DNA of 64,000 nt from assembly GCA_036517115.1 (NCBI GenBank), contig DATDYB010000005.1:18970-82969 (forward strand). The letters are read 5' to 3'. A program made the position numbers and the translations under genes. Below the pieces are notes generated by a model. That model saw only the letters and a program-made list of their open reading frames with translations. It was not told where the DNA came from and ran no database searches. Position 1 is the stretch's first letter, and every line of letters starts with the position of its first letter. Source of the DNA: Minisyncoccota bacterium (GTDB taxonomy: Bacteria > Patescibacteriota > Minisyncoccia > Phycocordibacterales > PALSA-1337). Positions 54,139-62,183 of the stretch are shown in pieces.

Positions 54139-54904
54139 CACCTTAACCGAAAAGGCTCTTGCCGTCATCAACGCGTACATGCACCTGCCTATTGGAAATG
54201 GTGTGGCGTGTCCCTACCATAATAATCGCCGACGAAAGGTACGTGCCGGTCTTCGGGCGCTGGTTGGCAAAGGAAGCGTGAACGACATCGTAGACGAAGC
54301 GACGATTATGAGCATTCGAGAAAAGAAACCGCTAGCTGCACTCACCACCCCTGAACTGACTAAATTTCTTGTCGACCATTCGTTAGGCATCGATTGTTCG
54401 GGATTCGCCTATTATGTACTTGATGAAGAGAGTAAAGCGTTTAATCGAGGAACGCTCCGGAGACGTTTACGATACCCTTTCGCCACCTCTCCGCTCCGGA
54501 AATTGATTATCCTTTTGCGGAAAGTTGAGAATGCTGGAGTAAGTACCTTCGCTCACCCCAACAATAGTCGAGAGATTGCTCTTGCTGAAATAAAACCTGG
54601 AGATTTTATTGCCATGACCTATGCCGGAGTAGGCACGGTTCTTGACCACATGGTGATTATTCATGCAGTCGACAAAGAAAACGAACGTGTCAAAACCATT
54701 CATTACTCTAATGCTATCGCTTGGTCTTCCGATGGACTCTACGGACATGGAGTGCGGCAAGGAACTATCAAGATCCTCAACGCCGAAAAATCAATCATCC
54801 ATCAATACTGGACTGAAAACGGGAAATCCGGAAACGAAAATTATACGCTCGTCCGCGCACTGCAATCATCCTCATGTACCATACGACGACTTAATTGGTT
54901 TTAA
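54128..54904 (+). CDS. NlpC/P60-like (papain-fold) cysteine hydrolase/amidase, putative
   Basis: 258 aa. ...SLGIDCSGFAYYVL... (D-C-S-G catalytic Cys motif) and downstream His (..HMVIIHAVD..). No signal peptide. Confidence 0.4.
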   Translation: METNTLTEKALAVINAYMHLPIGNGVACPYHNNRRRKVRAGLRALVGKGSVNDIVDEATIMSIREKKPLAALTTPELTKFLVDHSLGIDCSGFAYYVLDEESKAFNRGTLRRRLRYPFATSPLRKLIILLRKVENAGVSTFAHPNNSREIALAEIKPGDFIAMTYAGVGTVLDHMVIIHAVDKENERVKTIHYSNAIAWSSDGLYGHGVRQGTIKILNAEKSIIHQYWTENGKSGNENYTLVRALQSSSCTIRRLNWF

Positions 54905-54907
54905 AAT

Positions 54908-54990
54908 ACCAATCTACAAATGGCTACGAATACTCTCGATCTTCACATTTGTAGCCATTCGTATATTTGCAAGGATTAGTATATTAGTAT
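54908..54990 (+). repeat. direct repeat R1 (~83 bp): hairpin CTACAAATGGCTAC...CATTTGTAGCCATT + TTGCAAGGATTAGTATATTAGTAT, upstream of mraY
   Basis: Near-identical copy at 56182-56264, downstream of mraY. Confidence 0.6.
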
Positions 54991-55023
54991 CTATTTACTT
55001 AAGCTATTTTTACTGATAAAGTT

Positions 55024-56160
55024 TTGAGCATGAATCTCACCGTAGCGACCATTCAAGCGCTTTCCTCAACCATCGGTTTTGCCATTCTAAGTGCTGTTGT
55101 AAGCTTCGCGTGGAGCCCTCTTTTGATCTTTCTTCTATATAAATACAACATTACGCGCAGAGCGGAATTTGACCCGACACTTGGTATGGAGTCGCGCAAA
55201 GATAAAGCCCATGTGCCGGTCATGGGAGGGCTTCTCGTTATCATCACTGTCGCCGTCATCACCATCGTTTTTAATTGGGAGAGAAGTTATACATGGGTAC
55301 CAATCGGCGTAATGATCCTTGCTGCCGCTCTGGGTGCCGCGGATGATTTACTCAATATTTTCGGCAACAAGCGCCGGTCTCGAAGCATACGCCAAATTTT
55401 CACCCTAATCCGCGTTCACCACGACTGGAAAATGCGTGTGTGGTATGTACTGACATTCCCCTGGTCCCTTTTCAAGCGCACCTCACTCTGGCTCGGCTCG
55501 CACCCGGGCACCGGCATTCATGTGCACGAAAAACTACTGCTTCAATTCATAGCGGGGGCGATCACGGCGTGGTGGGTCTACTTTAAACTGGGCGAAGATT
55601 GGCAATCGCTCTATGTTCCCTTCCACGGCTTTATCGACATCGGCTGGATCATCATTCCTCTCATTATCGTCGTGGTAATGTTTACCGCTAATGCAGTTAA
55701 TATCGCGGACGGCATGGACGGACTCGCCGGCGGCATGCTCATCCCCACCTTCGGCGCACTCGCTATTTTAAGTTGGACATCAAGCTATCATGAAATGGCA
55801 GTTTTGAATGCCACCGCCATGGGGGCGCTTGTGGCGTACACCTATTTCAATATAAAACCTGCTCGCTTTCAGATGGGCGATGTGGGGTCGCTCGGTCTCG
55901 GTGCGCTCCTCGCCATTAACACCATTGTAATCAATCAACTAATAGTTCTTCCGATTCTCGGCTTCATGTTCTACATCGAGGCAGTGAGCGTGGTGATTCA
56001 GGTATCTGGTCGCTATCTTTTAGGTCGGAGAATTTTCAAAATGGCTCCCATCCATCATCACTTCGAGCTCAAAGGCTGGAGTGAGGAAAAAACCATCATG
56101 CGCTTCTGGATCATTCACCTGGCGGCGGTACTTCTCGGGATGTGGGTAGCGCTTCATTAA
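55024..56160 (+). CDS. mraY: phospho-N-acetylmuramoyl-pentapeptide transferase
   Basis: 378 aa. ...NAVNIADGMDGLAGG... and C-terminal ...FKMAPIHHHFELKGWSEEKTIMRFWI... are MraY hallmarks. TTG at 55024 or ATG at 55030. Confidence 0.85.
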   Translation: MSMNLTVATIQALSSTIGFAILSAVVSFAWSPLLIFLLYKYNITRRAEFDPTLGMESRKDKAHVPVMGGLLVIITVAVITIVFNWERSYTWVPIGVMILAAALGAADDLLNIFGNKRRSRSIRQIFTLIRVHHDWKMRVWYVLTFPWSLFKRTSLWLGSHPGTGIHVHEKLLLQFIAGAITAWWVYFKLGEDWQSLYVPFHGFIDIGWIIIPLIIVVVMFTANAVNIADGMDGLAGGMLIPTFGALAILSWTSSYHEMAVLNATAMGALVAYTYFNIKPARFQMGDVGSLGLGALLAINTIVINQLIVLPILGFMFYIEAVSVVIQVSGRYLLGRRIFKMAPIHHHFELKGWSEEKTIMRFWIIHLAAVLLGMWVALH

Positions 56161-56181
56161 AAACCAAATATACGAATGAGT

Positions 56182-56264
56182 ACCAATCTACAAATGGCTA
56201 CGAATACTCAAGATCTTAACATTTGTAGCCATTTGTAGATTTGCAAGGATTAGTATATTAGTAT
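56182..56264 (+). repeat. direct repeat R2, copy of R1; its 3' end contains the ATG of the next gene
   Basis: ACCAATCTACAAATGGCTACGAATACTC..GATCTT.ACATTTGTAGCCATT.GTA.ATTTGCAAGGATTAGTATATTAGTAT shared with R1. Confidence 0.6.
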
Positions 56265-56949
56265 GTACCTTTTCTGGAACAAAAAAACTATAACCGACTT
56301 CAGTGATTCAAACATAGAGTCGCTCTATAATGACGGCTTCGTTTTCACCCGCCTCGGCAAAGGGGTGATGCATCAGACGAGGAGTGCCCGGATCGATCTT
56401 TCAAAGTTCGAACTCTCGAGCGAAAACCGAAGAATTTTAAAAAAAGTGGAAGGGTTATGTTTAGAGAAACACCCGATCCCCTATTTAGAATACTCTTGGG
56501 AAATTGGAAAAATAGCTAAAGATTTTTATACTTCTCGAGATGCTGATTTTTCCGCAAATAAAATAAAGGAATTACTAACCGATGATACTGAATCGAACTT
56601 TAACATCCTACTCGCCTTTGAAGAGGACACCATCCCCTCCCCATCCTCCCCTTTCCAAGGGGAGGTGGCCGAAGGCCGGAGGGGTTATGCTATCTGCTAC
56701 CAATCCCCAACCCTGCTCCACTACAGCTACCCTTTTTATGATCTCTCCGCCCCCAAAGACACCGGTCTCGGTATGATGCTCAAAGCGATCCTCTGGGCAA
56801 AAGAAAATGGCAAAAAATATTTTTATCTAGGTTCGCTCCAACGTCCTACCGACGTCTACAAGCTCCAATTTGCGGGATTGGAGTGGTTCGACGGAAAGAA
56901 GTGGCAAACCGATCTTGCAACAGCTAAGAAAACTCTCAATGAAAATTAA
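56263..56949 (+). CDS. ATE/Bpt-like (aminoacyl-tRNA-protein transferase C-terminal family, GNAT fold) protein, putative aminoacyl transferase
   Basis: 228 aa. ...TGLGMMLKAILWAKENGKKYFYLGSLQ... resembles the ATE_C/Bpt motif (..G.YS.LW.IE.A...GL.Y.YLGYWI). Confidence 0.4.
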   Translation: MYLFWNKKTITDFSDSNIESLYNDGFVFTRLGKGVMHQTRSARIDLSKFELSSENRRILKKVEGLCLEKHPIPYLEYSWEIGKIAKDFYTSRDADFSANKIKELLTDDTESNFNILLAFEEDTIPSPSSPFQGEVAEGRRGYAICYQSPTLLHYSYPFYDLSAPKDTGLGMMLKAILWAKENGKKYFYLGSLQRPTDVYKLQFAGLEWFDGKKWQTDLATAKKTLNEN

Positions 56950-57358
56950 TCTCGTTGTAGTAGGAAAACAAGAGGCTCTTTTTACTGAAGCAGTGCTTGA
57001 ATTTACGAAGCGTATTAAACGGTACAGCGATTTTGAAGTAGTAGAAACGACTGACGAGAAACTCGGTGAGGTCATACAAAAATACGAACGGATGTTTCTG
57101 CTCGATGAAAAAGGTAAAGAATTTTCAACGATGGAGTTCTCCGACCTCCTACAGAAACAGTTAAACATAGGTGGTAAAAACATGTGCTTCGTCATCGGCG
57201 GAGCGTATGGTTTTAGTGCCGAAGTAAAAGAACAAGCCAACGCCACAATCTCTCTTTCCAAACTGACCTTCCCTCACCAGCTCGTCCGCGTCATTTTCCT
57301 CGAACAGCTCTATCGAGCATTCACTATTTTAAATAACGAGAAGTATCACCATCAATAG
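56939..57358 (+). CDS. rlmH: 23S rRNA (pseudouridine1915-N3)-methyltransferase (SPOUT)
   Basis: MKINLVVVGKQEALFTEAVLEFTKRIKRY...CFVIGGAYGFSAEV... is typical of RlmH. The track start 56870 is over-extended. Confidence 0.8.
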   Translation: MKINLVVVGKQEALFTEAVLEFTKRIKRYSDFEVVETTDEKLGEVIQKYERMFLLDEKGKEFSTMEFSDLLQKQLNIGGKNMCFVIGGAYGFSAEVKEQANATISLSKLTFPHQLVRVIFLEQLYRAFTILNNEKYHHQ

Positions 57359-57443
57359 AGATTAGTATATCAATGGTTAGAAATTGGATACCGAAGAATA
57401 AAAAACTCGCGACGGATGGGCCCGCGCGAATCATACACATGTG

Positions 57444-57821
57444 CTATTTTAGTAACGCGGTCTCTAAAGAAACCTGCTGCCAATCACCCGAATTGATCCC
57501 TGAGGTGACAGTCCATCCCTGTGTTTCAAATCTTTGTGTAACCAAAAGAACCGCCTTCTTTTCGTTCGAAAGACACCGTTTCTTGTCCCTCTCGGCATAG
57601 TAATCGTACGGAACCTTCGACTCGAATTCACATACGATCTTGTCATCAGACATCTCAAGCTCGCAAGCACGAAGTTTTTTATCAAGCGAATTCTCAATAT
57701 CCCAAGCTCTTTGAGCTATAAGAAATTCATCCTGCGCTTGTTCCACCTCTTTTTTCCTCTCTGCTTCAGTGGACAGCTTGGCGGTTAGTGCTTCTAAGAT
57801 TGTTTTTGCTGGCATAGCCAT
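57444..57821 (-). CDS. hypothetical coiled-coil protein
   Basis: 125 aa. Charged/helical, no motif. Confidence 0.4.
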   Translation of the reverse strand: MAMPAKTILEALTAKLSTEAERKKEVEQAQDEFLIAQRAWDIENSLDKKLRACELEMSDDKIVCEFESKVPYDYYAERDKKRCLSNEKKAVLLVTQRFETQGWTVTSGINSGDWQQVSLETALLK

Positions 57822-57953
57822 ACTTTTTATCCTTTCATCTAAGCATGAATATAATACGAATATTTATAATGTCAACTCCTATATTTCACACCCATTTTCC
57901 GTTAAACTGAGTAAGTATTTTTACTTTATGGACTTTTCGACTTTATAGACTTT

Positions 57954-59369
57954 ATGACTTCTCCCAAACATATTCACATAGTAGGTATTTGCGGTGTGGG
58001 TACCGGGGCGCTTGCTGTAGCGCTTAAAAACGCCGGTTACAAGGTCACCGGCAGCGACAAAGGATTTTTCCCTCCCGTTTCAACCGCCCTCGAACAAGTG
58101 GGTGTAGAATTTTACGCTGGCTGGCATCCGGAAAAAATGGGCAAACCCGATTTTGTTGTGGCCGGAGGATCAGGCACTTCCCTATCCAATCCAGAAGTTG
58201 TGCGTGCAAAAGAATTGGGTATCCCCATTCAATCATTTGCGCAAGCGGTTGGAGAATTTATCGTCAAAGAAGGAAATTCGATCGTGGTCGCAGGAACGTG
58301 GGGAAAGAGTAGTTCTACAGCAATACTTTCGTATATTCTAGAGCAGGTGGGGTTAAACCCAGGCTATTTCTTTGGAGGACTCGCCACCTCCCTTCAAAGT
58401 GGGAAAATCGGTTCAGGAAATATCAGTGTGGTTGAAGGAGACGAATACCAAGCAGCTATTTATGATAAAAAACCAAAGTTTGCATATTACAAACCTACTC
58501 ACCTGCTGTTGACCGCCGTCTCGTGGGATCATGCAGATCTGTACCCAACCGAAGATGCATACTTCAATACTTTTAAAAAATTAGTTAACTCCATTCCTCG
58601 CGACGGAAAAATTATAGCGAGCACCGATGATGATGGGGTAAAAAGCATCCTCGGTCTTGCGGGAGATGAACACTACGATAAACGTATTGCTTATGGAAAA
58701 GAGGAGTGTTCTTTCCCCTTCTATAGATATCAGAATGTGCAGCAAAGCAAAGACGGGATCACGTTCGAGATCGTCGATCTTGAAGTCAAGACGCATACTA
58801 TCCATTCACCCATGCTTGGTGAATTTCAGGCGGAAAATATCACCGGTTGCTTTGCCATGGCACGAGAGATCGGTATTGAGCCGAGGGCGATCATCAAAGC
58901 TATCGCCGAATTCAAGGGCATGAAACGCAGACTGGAAAAACGGCACGAAGGAGACATCACCGTCATCGACGACATCGCCCATTCGCCGGAAAAAGCCGCT
59001 TCTGTACTAGCTACGCTCCGAAACATCTACCAAGGAAAAATTTTCGTCGTCTTCGAGCCGAATATCGGCGGACGGCAAAAAGAAGCCGTATCGAAATATG
59101 ACAACGCATTCAAAAACGCCAATGAGATAATCATTCCACGACTTACAAAACTTAAAGTTTCAGACGATGAGGACAAGCGACCACTCGAAGGCGACGAACT
59201 TACGAAAGTAATATCAAAAACCCATCCGAACACCTACTACATCGACAACGATGACACCCTCATTCACCACATCACAGCTCACGCAAAGAAAGGTGACGTC
59301 ATCGCCTTCCTAGGATCACATGGATTTAGGGGGATGATTGAAGAAACGATTAAGACATTAAATCGTTAG
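57954..59369 (+). CDS. Mur ligase family protein, Mpl/MurC-like (UDP-N-acetylmuramate:peptide or L-Ala ligase)
   Basis: 471 aa. HIHIVGICGVGTGALAVALKNAGYKVTGSD...VAGTWGKSSSTAIL...VVEGDEY...SWDHADLY closely follows the Mpl/MurC pattern. Confidence 0.8.
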   Translation: MTSPKHIHIVGICGVGTGALAVALKNAGYKVTGSDKGFFPPVSTALEQVGVEFYAGWHPEKMGKPDFVVAGGSGTSLSNPEVVRAKELGIPIQSFAQAVGEFIVKEGNSIVVAGTWGKSSSTAILSYILEQVGLNPGYFFGGLATSLQSGKIGSGNISVVEGDEYQAAIYDKKPKFAYYKPTHLLLTAVSWDHADLYPTEDAYFNTFKKLVNSIPRDGKIIASTDDDGVKSILGLAGDEHYDKRIAYGKEECSFPFYRYQNVQQSKDGITFEIVDLEVKTHTIHSPMLGEFQAENITGCFAMAREIGIEPRAIIKAIAEFKGMKRRLEKRHEGDITVIDDIAHSPEKAASVLATLRNIYQGKIFVVFEPNIGGRQKEAVSKYDNAFKNANEIIIPRLTKLKVSDDEDKRPLEGDELTKVISKTHPNTYYIDNDDTLIHHITAHAKKGDVIAFLGSHGFRGMIEETIKTLNR

Positions 59370-59442
59370 ACGTGATATAACTGGATCCCCGCATCCGCGA
59401 GGATGACAGAAAATATAGTCGGCTTCGCCTCTTTATTTTCTG

Positions 59443-59607
59443 TCACTTCCCTTCATCAACAATCTCGGCCTCAATCTTTTCGTTCGAAATTTCTTTGATC
59501 AAAAGTGAGATACCACAAGTGTCACATTCAACGACTTGGTCTTTTGCCAGGTTGGGATACTGTTCAAGACTGACGTCGTTTTTACATTCAGGACAAATTA
59601 ATTGCAT
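59443..59607 (-). CDS. small Cys4 zinc-ribbon protein, LysW/ArgW-like (amino-group carrier-like), 54 aa
   Basis: Hand-translated (below the ORF track cutoff): MQLICPECKNDVSLEQYPNLAKDQVVECDTCGISLLIKEISNEKIEAEIVDEGK. CPEC-(19)-CDTCG spacing and an acidic tail resemble LysW. It lacks the canonical terminal EDWGE. Confidence 0.45.
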   Translation of the reverse strand: MQLICPECKNDVSLEQYPNLAKDQVVECDTCGISLLIKEISNEKIEAEIVDEGK

Positions 59608-59744
59608 GGGTGTTAGCTTCTAGCTGTAAGCTGTTAGACTGATAAATCTACAGTCATCATTCTAATGCAATGACTTCAATAAAACAAATATTTGGGAACT
59701 AAAAGCTAGTAGCTAAAAGCTAACAGCTTCGCTACAATACAACT

Positions 59745-60626
59745 ATGACTCCACAAGAAGAACGACCTAAACTTACTCTCGCTTTAAGCGCCACGAATCT
59801 CGGTATTGTGTATTTCAAACGTGAAGATCTACACCCCTACAAGTCGCACAAAGGGCGGTCAATCCCCTTTATGATCGACTGGTACAAGGATAAGGGTTCA
59901 AAGGATTTTGTCATCTCTTCCTCAGGCAATGCGGCGCTTGCAGCACTCCTCTATATTCAAGAATGGAACAGCAAGAACACCGACGACGCTCTTTCCCTGA
60001 CCATTTTCGTAGGAGAAAAAATCGCCCAAGCAAAATTCGATCTTTTGAAAAGCACTGCTAAAGACTCTCATGTCTCTGTCACACAAACCACCAGACCCCA
60101 GCAGAGCGCCTTTGAAGCAAGTAAACGGGGGAAAACACTCCTACGTCAGTCAACAGACGAAGTGGCGCTTCTAGGATACGCTACTCTCGCGGAAGAGCTC
60201 GGGCGAATTCAAAATCTCGAGGCGATATTCATAGCTACTTCATCCGGCACCACCGCAGAGGCCCTACATGATTTTTTTAAAAAAGGAGGGGTGTTCCCTC
60301 AGATTCATATTGTGCAAACTACCGGATGTAACCCAATCGCTCGTGAATTCGAACCCTCCCCTCTACAGGAAATTTCTTTTGCCGACGCTATTGTCGACCG
60401 CACCGCCCTTCGAAAAGAAAAGGTGATTAACGCCGTTTCAGCATCAAAAGGTTTTGGCTGGATAGTCTCCAATCAGGAAATCGCGGACGCGGTCAACCTC
60501 GTAGAGCAACATGAGGGGTTAAAAATTTCTCCGAACGGCGCTCTTTCGGTAGCAGGACTTACAAAAGCCCTCTCAAAAAACTGGCAGTGGAAGGGAGCGG
60601 TGGTCTGCGTCATCACTGGAAGGTGA
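59745..60626 (+). CDS. PLP-dependent fold-type II enzyme (threonine synthase / cysteine synthase superfamily)
   Basis: 293 aa. ...VYFKREDLHPYKSHKGRS... (PLP-Lys motif, cf. K.E..NPTGSFKDRG) and ...VISSSGNAALAAL... Confidence 0.7.
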   Translation: MTPQEERPKLTLALSATNLGIVYFKREDLHPYKSHKGRSIPFMIDWYKDKGSKDFVISSSGNAALAALLYIQEWNSKNTDDALSLTIFVGEKIAQAKFDLLKSTAKDSHVSVTQTTRPQQSAFEASKRGKTLLRQSTDEVALLGYATLAEELGRIQNLEAIFIATSSGTTAEALHDFFKKGGVFPQIHIVQTTGCNPIAREFEPSPLQEISFADAIVDRTALRKEKVINAVSASKGFGWIVSNQEIADAVNLVEQHEGLKISPNGALSVAGLTKALSKNWQWKGAVVCVITGR

Positions 60627-61934
60627 TCACTTCATTAGTGCATCAAACGCCTCAATGCGGCTCGTCACGTCCCGTGACTGTTCTTCGGGGCCGAATGACG
60701 GACTAAAGAGGATCACATCTCCTGCGCGCGAACTATCAAAAGCTTTCTTGACCGCATCAGCAAGACCCTCACTGTGCACATGGGTAACACCCTTGCAGTC
60801 AAGCAGATTTTTATGAATCTTAATAGTCCCTGTGCCCGGCACCGCGATAACGGTAGTCGCGTATTGGTTGAGATGTGCCAAGAGAGGTGCCATGTCTTCC
60901 CCTACATCCTTGCCACCCATTATCAGAACGGTGTTTTTATTAACGGAAACCGTACGGAGCGCTCCTAGCGTAGAGTGGGGGGTGACTGACGCCCCATCGT
61001 TATATATTTTCCTTTCTTTTACCATTCCTTTGTATTCCAAACGTCCAGAAAGAGCCCTACAATTCTTAAGTGCCTCTTCAATGATGTCTTCACTGATTTT
61101 AAAAATATGGGCTGTCTCCACAGCACAAGCAACGTCGTCTTTCATCAACTCCCCCTCAAAAAGCGCGGACCACGACAGAGGTAGCATTTGCCGCGACGCT
61201 TTCATGGGGCGACTTCGGATCTTTGTGTCGAGCGCCCGTATCACCTCTTCGGGTGCCACAAAATAGTTGTTGGACGATTGGAATGCATACAGCGCATGAG
61301 TTTCGTCAGCTCCCAACGCTGGACACACCGACACATAAGGACTCATTTTCATGGAAGCAAAATCACGGAGTTGTGTAAACGAAAGTTCGATGATGACAAT
61401 ATCGCCTGAAGCAATGTTCTCAAGCAAGGAAATGAGGCCGGTGTTTTCATAATTCGTTACACAGAAAATATTTTTACGAAGGATGGTTTTTCCTCTTTCG
61501 AGTATATCCCGAATCAGTAACGCTGTGGTTGTTTTGCCTGCACCTCCACCTACCCCAATGACAATAACCGGAGGGGAGAGTTTAGTGAATAATAACTCAG
61601 GTGTTTCTACCTGCACGTTATTGTGTTCGATGGCCTTTACAAGAATGTTGGGGAACGTTACATCCCGCGGCTTTATAATAAGATTCGCGCTGGTGAATAG
61701 TTCAAGATCATAGTTCCCGAAGGAATAATTAAGCCTACCCACCTTCTCTTCCTCCGTCATGAGCTCAAGTGCTGCGATAGCTTTTTCTAAATCAGCCTTT
61801 TTGCCGACATCCGCTATGGTGACGTCAGCTCCGCATGCAACTAAAAACTTTATATCCCCAACTAAGGAGGTGTGGGAACGAAGACCAGTAACCACGACTC
61901 TTTTGCCACTAAAATATTCCCGAGCATTATTCAT
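60627..61934 (-). CDS. murD: UDP-N-acetylmuramoylalanine--D-glutamate ligase
   Basis: 435 aa. N-terminal ...GKRVVVTGLRSHTSLVGDIKFLVACGADVTIAD... and Mur ligase central domain ...IGVGGGAGKTTTALL... Confidence 0.85.
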   Translation of the reverse strand: MNNAREYFSGKRVVVTGLRSHTSLVGDIKFLVACGADVTIADVGKKADLEKAIAALELMTEEEKVGRLNYSFGNYDLELFTSANLIIKPRDVTFPNILVKAIEHNNVQVETPELLFTKLSPPVIVIGVGGGAGKTTTALLIRDILERGKTILRKNIFCVTNYENTGLISLLENIASGDIVIIELSFTQLRDFASMKMSPYVSVCPALGADETHALYAFQSSNNYFVAPEEVIRALDTKIRSRPMKASRQMLPLSWSALFEGELMKDDVACAVETAHIFKISEDIIEEALKNCRALSGRLEYKGMVKERKIYNDGASVTPHSTLGALRTVSVNKNTVLIMGGKDVGEDMAPLLAHLNQYATTVIAVPGTGTIKIHKNLLDCKGVTHVHSEGLADAVKKAFDSSRAGDVILFSPSFGPEEQSRDVTSRIEAFDALMK

Positions 61935-61956
61935 ACGAGGTCAATCATAACACACT

Positions 61957-62055
61957 CACCATTCATCAAAAAAGAGACCGGATAATTTTTCTGGTGAAAA
62001 ATTTCCTAGGACTCCGGCTCGCCAGCCTGCGTAGTCTCTTTTTTGATGAATGGTT
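61957..62055. repeat. intergenic palindromic element E (family 2): CACCATTCATC-AAAAAA-GAGAC-[CCGGATAATTTTTCTGGTGAAAAATTTCCTAGGACTCCG-GCTCGCCAGCC-TGCGTA]-GTCTC-TTTTTT-GATGAATGG
   Basis: Read directly. 20-bp perfect outer inverted repeat. Core shared with element D. Confidence 0.6.
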
Positions 62056-62141
62056 CGCTCTTGTAGACTCTACGTCGCTTCAGAAAGCGACGTCCTCAAT
62101 TTTACAACTACTCGCAAAGCTCGCAGGTAAAATTGGGAAAT

Positions 62142-62170
62142 AAAAAAACAGACTCGAATTGCTTCGAGCC
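62142..62170 (-). terminator. intrinsic terminator (CTCGAA-GCAA-TTCGAG hairpin + T7 on minus strand) of the gene ending at 62184
   Basis: Read directly. Confidence 0.55.
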
Positions 62171-62183
62171 TGATGTGAACTGC

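Noticed and set aside
57373-57600. 75-aa plus ORF starting at GATTAGTATATCAATG (third copy of the AT-rich box).
   Set aside because: It is antisense to the more plausible 125-aa coiled-coil ORF 57444-57821 and has no protein-like composition. The box here is probably a convergent-terminator or promoter remnant, not a gene start.
4866-62055. Elements A-E considered as a CRISPR array or CRISPR-like repeats.
   Set aside because: They are single copies tens of kb apart with no regular repeat-spacer periodicity, and no cas genes are in the window.
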